A stretch of 63,940 nucleotides of DNA, filler included, from an uncultured archaeon (GTDB lineage Archaea; Iainarchaeota; Iainarchaeia; Iainarchaeales; 1-14-0-10-31-34), in assembly GCA_964442255.1 (NCBI GenBank). It is 3 parts of 3 records of this genome, joined end to end, with 100 filler letters (N's around TTAATTAATTAA, not from the genome) between each part and the next. Parts side by side here need not be neighbours in the genome. Positions count along the whole stretch, not along the records: positions 55,027 to 63,940 come from CAYTYC010000034.1; 2 more parts are not named here. One strand, given 5' to 3'. Below are positions 57,646-63,940 of this stretch, one piece after another. How positions within the stretch are numbered: position 1 is the first letter of the stretch; every line of letters begins with the position of its first letter. A program made the position numbers and the translations under genes. The notes under the pieces were generated by a model, which was given only the letters and a program-made list of their open reading frames with translations, was not told where the DNA came from and searched no databases.

Positions 57646-59337
57646 GTGGGGGAAAAACAGCTGGAAAAAATCGGTTCCACTTCCATTGACTCTGAATTCT
57701 TTTCGCCCATTCCCCCCGGCTACAGGAAAGGAAAATGCAAATTCATTGTAATCACGGGCTCAGTGATAAGCGGAATAGGGAAAGGCACTTTCAGTTCCTC
57801 TTTGGCAAAGCTTTTGCAGGACCGCGGATTAAGGGTTGAGCCGATTAAAGTCGAGGCCTACCTGAATGTGGACGCCGGAACACTGAATCCGTTCAGGCAC
57901 GGGGAAGTCTACGTGCTGGACGACGGAACGGAAACCGATTTGGATTTGGGCACCTATGAAAGGTTTTTGGACAGGACTCTCTGTGCAGATAATTTCGTGA
58001 CAAGCGGAAAAATTTATTCACGGATACTGGAAAAGGAAAGGCGCGGCGATTATCTGGGGAGGGACGTTCAGTTCATTCCGCATGTGACAGGCGAAACAAA
58101 AAGAATGTTTAGGGCGTTAGCGCAAAAAACAAGGGCTGACGCTGTTTTGATTGAAGTCGGCGGAACAGTGGGAGACTTTGAAAACATGTACATTCTTGAG
58201 GCCGTAAGGCAGTTAAGGTACGAGGAAGGAGAAGAAAACGTTTGTGTAGTGAATTTGACTTACATTCTTTCCCCTGACGCTTTGGGGGAACAAAAAAGCA
58301 AGGCCGCACAGCTTGGAATAAAAAAATTAATTGAGCTTGGCTTAATGCCTGACATGGTTTTATGCAGGGCCGACGAGCCCGTGAACAAAACAGTGAGGGA
58401 AAAGATAAGCGTTTTCTCGAATGTGCCGCTCAACAGGGTGATTGGATTGGAGACAATGAAGGAGTTTTACTGCATTCCATTGAATTTAAGGAAGCGCGGG
58501 GTGGACACAGAAATACTGAAAATTTTGAAGGCAAAAAAGGAAAAACTGAAAGGCGACGGACTGGTTAAATGGACAAACAAAATGTGCGTAAAAAATCCGG
58601 GAAAAAAAATTGTGGTGGGGATTGCGGGAAAATACACAGGATTAAAGGACTCCTATATCAGCATTTTAAAGGCCCTGGAGCACTGCGAAGCTGAACTTAA
58701 AGTTAAAGTGGAAGTAAAATGGATTGACTCCGAAAAAATTGAGAAAGGAAAAACAACCGCAGAAAAGGAGTTAAAGGGCCTGAATGGAGTGATTGTTCCC
58801 CCCGGGTTCGGGAAACGGGGAGTTGAAGGAAAAATTGCCTGCGCAGCACATGCAATGAAAAAAAACATCCCTTACCTTGGCCTGTGCCTCGGCTTCCAAA
58901 TGGCGCTGATTGCCTTTGCGAGAAACGTTTTGGGGCTGAAGGAAGCGAACACGACTGAAGTTGAAAAGAAAGCCTTGCACCCTGTTGTTGACCTTTTGCC
59001 TGAGCAATTCGATGTGGAAGGACTGGGCGGAAACATGCGTTTGGGGGGAAGGGACGTGCTGTTAAAGGAAGGCACGACTGCCTTCAAATTGTACGGAAAA
59101 AAGACAAAAATAAGGGAAAGGTTCAGGCACCGCTACGAATGCAATCCGGAATACATCAAGCAGTTTGAGGAAAAGGGAATGGTTTTCTCGGGAAAAGCGC
59201 CGAAAAGCGAAATAATGCAAATTCTGGAGCTGCCGGAGCACAGGTTTTTCCTTGCAACCCAGTTTCACCCGGAATTCAATTCCCGGCCGCTCAAGCCAGG
59301 CCCCTGTTTTCTGGGCTTTGTGAAGGCCTGCATTTAA
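57646..59337 (+). CDS. pyrG: CTP synthase
   Basis: ISGIGKG, YLNVDAGT, GEVYVLDDGTETDLDLG, GLCLG, QFHPEF. Confidence 0.98.
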   Translation: MGEKQLEKIGSTSIDSEFFSPIPPGYRKGKCKFIVITGSVISGIGKGTFSSSLAKLLQDRGLRVEPIKVEAYLNVDAGTLNPFRHGEVYVLDDGTETDLDLGTYERFLDRTLCADNFVTSGKIYSRILEKERRGDYLGRDVQFIPHVTGETKRMFRALAQKTRADAVLIEVGGTVGDFENMYILEAVRQLRYEEGEENVCVVNLTYILSPDALGEQKSKAAQLGIKKLIELGLMPDMVLCRADEPVNKTVREKISVFSNVPLNRVIGLETMKEFYCIPLNLRKRGVDTEILKILKAKKEKLKGDGLVKWTNKMCVKNPGKKIVVGIAGKYTGLKDSYISILKALEHCEAELKVKVEVKWIDSEKIEKGKTTAEKELKGLNGVIVPPGFGKRGVEGKIACAAHAMKKNIPYLGLCLGFQMALIAFARNVLGLKEANTTEVEKKALHPVVDLLPEQFDVEGLGGNMRLGGRDVLLKEGTTAFKLYGKKTKIRERFRHRYECNPEYIKQFEEKGMVFSGKAPKSEIMQILELPEHRFFLATQFHPEFNSRPLKPGPCFLGFVKACI

Positions 59338-59375
59338 CCCGAAAAAAACCTGAATTTTTTTTTGGTGTCCCGTAA

Positions 59376-62036
59376 ATGAAAAAATTTTCTGAAATGAAGG
59401 CCGAAGAGGTTTTGAGCGAGTTTGAAAGCTGTTCAACCGGCCTGACAGAAGAAAAAGCCAAAAACAAATTAGAAAAATACGGGTTCAATGAACTGAAAGA
59501 AAAGAAAAAAATCATCCCACTAAAGATTTTGTTGCGGCAGTTCAGCAATTTCCTGGTTTGGGTCCTGTTTGCGGCTGCAGGCACCTCCTACTTAATCGGA
59601 GAGACCCTGAATTTTTTGGTCATTCTCACCATAACCGCTTTCATAATTGTATTGGGTTTCATCCAGGAGTTCAAAGCGGAAAAAGCAATGGGTGCGCTGA
59701 AAAGAATAGTTAAACCCACAACCAAAGTCATGCGAGACGGCAGGGTGAAAAAAATTCTCACAAAAGAGCTTGTTCCGGGAGATATCTTGCTATTGGAAAC
59801 CGGCGACAAGATTCCTGCGGACGCAAAAATACTGGAAGTGATCGGCTTAAAGGCTGACGAGGCAGCCTTAACCGGTGAAAGCCATGCAATGGAAAAATCA
59901 ATGGAAGACATGGTTTTTGCAGGCACAAGCATTGTGCACGGAAAATGCAGGGCGGTTGTTGTCTCAACCGGAATGCAGACCAAAATAGGGAAAATCGCTG
60001 AAATGATTCAGGAAGAAGAGGAAAAAACGCCTCTCCAGACAAAAATAACTGGGCTGGCGAAAACAATCGCGATAATGGCGTTGATTGTGTGTGTGCTCAT
60101 ATTTGCCTTGGGCGCCTTTAAGGGGGCTCCCCTGGCGGCAATGCTGGTTGTTGCCCTGGCACTGGCTGTTGCGGCTGTCCCTGAAGGCCTGCCACTGACG
60201 ATGACGGTCACGCTTTCGGCGGGAATGCATAAAATGGCGAAATACAATGCGGTCATACGGAGAATGCTTGCGGTTGAAACTTTGGGGAGCACCACGATAA
60301 TCTGCACGGACAAAACAGGCACCCTGACAAAAAACGAGATGACCGTGAAAAAAATCTTTGTCAACGGCGCAGTGGTTGACGTGACAGGCACGGGATACGA
60401 GCCAAAAGGGGAGTTCCTTGCGGGCGGAAAAAAAATTAGCCCGGAAAGCGACAAAACAATGGCGCTGATGCTGAAGGCAGGGGCTTTATGCAACAACGCT
60501 TTCCTGGAAAAAAAAGGCGGCAACTGGGAGGGGGTCGGTGACCCGACAGAAGCAGCCCTGGTTGTTTTGGCCGCAAAAGCCGGCGAGTGGAAAGACGACC
60601 TGGAGGAAAAAAACCAGCGGCTGGAGGAAATAATTTTCACCAGCGAAAGAAAAATGATGAGCTGCGTCCACGAAACAGGGAAAGAAAAAACGGTTTTCGC
60701 CAAGGGCGCGCCTGAAACAATCATGGAAAAATGCGCGTTCATCCAAAAAAACGGGAAAACTGAACGGCTTTCAGAACAGGAAAAAGAAAAAATTCTGGAA
60801 ACAAACGAACTGTTTGCAGGCAAGGCCTTAAGGGTATTGGGCTTTGCATGCAAAAAAATTTCGCCGCCCTTAACCCCGGAAAACATTGAAAAAGACCTGA
60901 TTTTTTTGGGGTTGGCTGCAATGATTGACCCGCCAAGGGAAGAGGTAAAGCAGGCGGTTGAAACATGTAAAACCGCGGGAATAAGAACAGTGATTATAAC
61001 AGGCGACAACCCCAACACGGCAAAGGCAGTTGCAAAAGCGATTGGGCTGCTGAACGGCGGCAGCCAAAGAGTAATGCCTGGAGCCAAACTGGATGAACTG
61101 AACGACAAGGAATTCGAAGAAATCATTGAACAAACGGCAATCTACGCGAGAACGCGCCCAGAACACAAGATGAGAATCGTTGAAGCCATGCAGAAAAAAG
61201 GCCATATCGTTGCAATGACTGGAGACGGCATAAACGACGCGCCGGCAGTAAAAAAAGCGGACATCGGCATAGCGATGGGCATAAAGGGAACAGATGTCAC
61301 AAAAGAATCAGCGGATATGGTTCTGACCGACGACAACTTTGCAACAATCGTGGCGGCAGTCAAAGGCGGAAGGGCAATCTACGAAAACATAAGAAAATTC
61401 ACCACTTACCTGCTTTCAAGAAACTTCACGGAGGTAATTCTGATATTCATGGGCATCGCCCTCTTTGATTTCAGGTTCCTGCCGCTTTTGGCCCTGCAAA
61501 TCCTGTTCATAAACTCCTTTGATGAAGTAATGCCTGCCCTGGCCCTTGGGGCAGAACCCGCAAGAAAAGGAATAATGCTGAACCCCCCAAGAACCCCTGA
61601 TGAAAGGTTCCTGACAAAAAAGAGCCTGACACTAATATTAAGCATGGCCGCGTTCATGGCTTTGGCGGCTCTGGCAGTATTCATTCACGCTGGCCCGGCA
61701 ACAGACATTGAAAGGGCAAGAACAATGGCATTCGCAACAATAGTCGGCATGGTAATTTTTGTTCCATCCGGCTTCAGGTCGCTGGAGGAATCAGTGCTCA
61801 AAATCGGGTTTTTCACAAACAAATGGATGCTGCCGGCAACAGCCAGCGTGGCAATAATGACTTTAATCGCCATGTATGCCCCGTTTTTTCAAGAAATATT
61901 CGAGTTGACAACGCTGAATTTGCTGGATTGGGTGGTTTGCCTGTCAGCTGCATTCACCGCATTCGCCTTCCTTGAAACGCTAAAATTTGCCATAAGGAAA
62001 AAGGAAAGAAACAAGGCTGCGCAAAGCTTAAATTAG
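59376..62036 (+). CDS. P-type ATPase (type IIA, Ca2+-like)
   Basis: TGES, VPEGLP, DKTGTLT, KGAPE, GDGINDAP. Confidence 0.96.
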   Translation: MKKFSEMKAEEVLSEFESCSTGLTEEKAKNKLEKYGFNELKEKKKIIPLKILLRQFSNFLVWVLFAAAGTSYLIGETLNFLVILTITAFIIVLGFIQEFKAEKAMGALKRIVKPTTKVMRDGRVKKILTKELVPGDILLLETGDKIPADAKILEVIGLKADEAALTGESHAMEKSMEDMVFAGTSIVHGKCRAVVVSTGMQTKIGKIAEMIQEEEEKTPLQTKITGLAKTIAIMALIVCVLIFALGAFKGAPLAAMLVVALALAVAAVPEGLPLTMTVTLSAGMHKMAKYNAVIRRMLAVETLGSTTIICTDKTGTLTKNEMTVKKIFVNGAVVDVTGTGYEPKGEFLAGGKKISPESDKTMALMLKAGALCNNAFLEKKGGNWEGVGDPTEAALVVLAAKAGEWKDDLEEKNQRLEEIIFTSERKMMSCVHETGKEKTVFAKGAPETIMEKCAFIQKNGKTERLSEQEKEKILETNELFAGKALRVLGFACKKISPPLTPENIEKDLIFLGLAAMIDPPREEVKQAVETCKTAGIRTVIITGDNPNTAKAVAKAIGLLNGGSQRVMPGAKLDELNDKEFEEIIEQTAIYARTRPEHKMRIVEAMQKKGHIVAMTGDGINDAPAVKKADIGIAMGIKGTDVTKESADMVLTDDNFATIVAAVKGGRAIYENIRKFTTYLLSRNFTEVILIFMGIALFDFRFLPLLALQILFINSFDEVMPALALGAEPARKGIMLNPPRTPDERFLTKKSLTLILSMAAFMALAALAVFIHAGPATDIERARTMAFATIVGMVIFVPSGFRSLEESVLKIGFFTNKWMLPATASVAIMTLIAMYAPFFQEIFELTTLNLLDWVVCLSAAFTAFAFLETLKFAIRKKERNKAAQSLN

Positions 62037-62059
62037 GGGTTTGCCTTACCTATTAGCGT

Positions 62060-63730
62060 ATGGTGCAGGACTTTTTTCTGGAACTCGCCGCGGTGATCAT
62101 AGTTGCGACCCTGCTTGGCTTTTTTTTCAGGAAACTCAAGCAGCCGGTGCTCCTGGCATTCATTTTTGCGGGCATAATTCTGGGCTCCTCTTTCCTTAAC
62201 GTAATCACCTATAAAGAGCTCCTGAATGTTTTCTCCGAACTCGGCATTGCGTTCCTGTTGTTTCTTGTCGGAATCAACCTGGATGTGCGGGTTTTCAGGG
62301 AAATAGGGAAAACATCCGTCATAACCGGAATCGGGCAAATTATTTTCACCACTTTTGTGGGTTTCGGGATTGCATCGCTTTTGGGCTTCGGTTTTCTGGA
62401 GTCACTGTACATTGCGATTGCGCTGACTTTCAGCAGCACCATAATAATTGTAAAGCTTTTGTCCGACAAAAAGGAGCTGAATTCCCTGTACGGGAAAATA
62501 TCCGTGGGCTTTCTTCTGGTGCAGGATTTTGTCGCAATTGTTGCCCTGGTGCTGATAGCCTCTTTTTCTTTTTCAGCCGATTTAACAAGCCAGCTCTCCC
62601 AGTTTGTTTTAAGCCTGGTTGTGCTGTTCCTGCTGTTTTTCATTGCCGCCAGGTTTTTCGTTAAGCCGGTGTTTGACTCCCTGTCCAAGAGCCAGGAACT
62701 GCTTTTCCTTGGGGCGATTTCCTGGTGCTTTGCTTTCACCGGCGTTGCAATTCTTCTCGGATTTTCAAAGGAAATTGGCGCGTTTTTGGCGGGGGTTTCA
62801 ATAGCCTCGCTTCCCTACACTTACGAAATCCTGGGAAAACTCAAGTATTTGCGGGACTTTTTCATTGTTTTGTTTTTTGTTGTCCTTGGCTCGAATCTTG
62901 TGTTCGCTTCCTCTGAAATAATTTTTGCGCCGGCAATAATTTTCTCGCTTTTTGTTCTCATAGGCAATCCCGTAATCGTTTTCATTCTCATGGCAAAACT
63001 TGGCTACAAGGGAAGGACAAGCTTTCTTTCAAGCCTGACGGTCGCCCAAATAAGCGAGTTTTCCCTCATACTTGTTTTCCTCGGCCAAAGGGTGGGCCAT
63101 GTTTCAAGCGAAGCGGTTTCAATAATCACGCTGGTCGCGGTTGTGACAATAAGCGCCTCAACTTACCTTATTGTTTACAACAACAGGATATACGATTACT
63201 TGTCAAGGTTTTTGCCTGCCCTGCACAGCAAGCGTTTTTTTGAGGACTCCCTGCACACCGCAAAGGAAAAAAAGTACCCTTTTGTCTGCATTGGCTTCGG
63301 TGAAACCGGGAAAAGGATTTTTCCTGGAGAAAAATTTGACGAAAAAGACGCGTTGGTTGTCGACTTTGATCCAGGGGCACTCAATAAAGCAAAAAAATCC
63401 GGGTTCCACACGTTTTACGGGGATGTTTCGGATTTGGAAACCGTTGACTTCATTTTGGGGGCGGAACCAAAAGTCATTGTTTCAACCGTGATGGACGTCA
63501 AGTCAAACATTGTTCTGGCCAAAGAGCTTGCGCGGAAAAAAAGCGCCACGACCTTCATTGTCCTGGCACATGCGGTGCCAGACGCAAGAAAGCTCCGTTC
63601 GGCAGGAATTGAATTTGTTTTGGTGCCGTCAATCATTGCGGCCGGCAAAGTGGAAACCATACTGCAGGACATTAAAACAGGAAAAAATTTTGAGCTGGAT
63701 TGGCTGAAAAAAACGGAATTTAATTATTAA
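62060..63730 (+). CDS. CPA2 cation:proton antiporter (Kef-type) with TrkA-N domain
   Basis: SSTIIIVKLL, LLVQD, AQISEFS, IGFGETG. Confidence 0.93.
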   Translation: MVQDFFLELAAVIIVATLLGFFFRKLKQPVLLAFIFAGIILGSSFLNVITYKELLNVFSELGIAFLLFLVGINLDVRVFREIGKTSVITGIGQIIFTTFVGFGIASLLGFGFLESLYIAIALTFSSTIIIVKLLSDKKELNSLYGKISVGFLLVQDFVAIVALVLIASFSFSADLTSQLSQFVLSLVVLFLLFFIAARFFVKPVFDSLSKSQELLFLGAISWCFAFTGVAILLGFSKEIGAFLAGVSIASLPYTYEILGKLKYLRDFFIVLFFVVLGSNLVFASSEIIFAPAIIFSLFVLIGNPVIVFILMAKLGYKGRTSFLSSLTVAQISEFSLILVFLGQRVGHVSSEAVSIITLVAVVTISASTYLIVYNNRIYDYLSRFLPALHSKRFFEDSLHTAKEKKYPFVCIGFGETGKRIFPGEKFDEKDALVVDFDPGALNKAKKSGFHTFYGDVSDLETVDFILGAEPKVIVSTVMDVKSNIVLAKELARKKSATTFIVLAHAVPDARKLRSAGIEFVLVPSIIAAGKVETILQDIKTGKNFELDWLKKTEFNY

Positions 63731-63825
63731 CGCAAATGATGTCCTCCCCGCACTGAAGTGCAGGGTTTCCCAAACATGGGCGTCAATTCCCCGTTAACGG
63801 CGAAGCCGCATGGCGTAAGCCACTT

Positions 63826-63940
63826 GCCGAAGGCAATTTTTTGGCCAAACTTTTTTTTTTCAAAAAGTTTGTTTTGATCAAACTTTTTTGAAAAGTTTCT
63901 CCGCCGAAGGCGACCCTTTTTGATCAAACTTTTTTGAAAA
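63826..63940. repeat. REP-like repeat cluster at window end
   Basis: Last ~50 bp match the first ~50 bp of the window with two differences. Confidence 0.8.

Overview
Archaeal chromosomal scaffold (three 100-N gaps; two carry an artificial TTAATTAATTAA linker). Archaeal identity rests on TrmB, EndA, Spt5-SecE-uL11, a BHB-intron tRNA and TATA promoters; the compact, orphan-rich style suggests a DPANN lineage such as Diapherotrites/Iainarchaeota (inference). Layout: (1) 2.3-13.9 kb, two tandem paralogous operons of large secreted FN3/PKD proteins headed by a 409-bp near-identical repeat, one ending in a Lon-type protease domain; (2) 14-27 kb, housekeeping genes (trpS, endA, purD, a 58-aa histone missed by the ORF track) interleaved with TA pairs and a double Cas4-like nuclease; (3) 27.6-40.3 kb, a dense array of TA/defence cassettes separated by same-orientation mosaic repeats, including two DUF3800-like RNase H-fold genes each facing a convergent structured RNA candidate with its own TATA box; (4) 40-64 kb, pyrFECKDIB, ftsZ-secE-spt5-rpl11, gdhA, a Kazal lipoprotein, tRNA-Pro(CGG) with an 84-nt intron, pyrG and ion transporters. 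Best candidates for an undescribed system: the DUF3800-like protein + convergent ncRNA modules and the repeat-delimited cassette array. All family calls come from motif recognition by eye; no searches were run.
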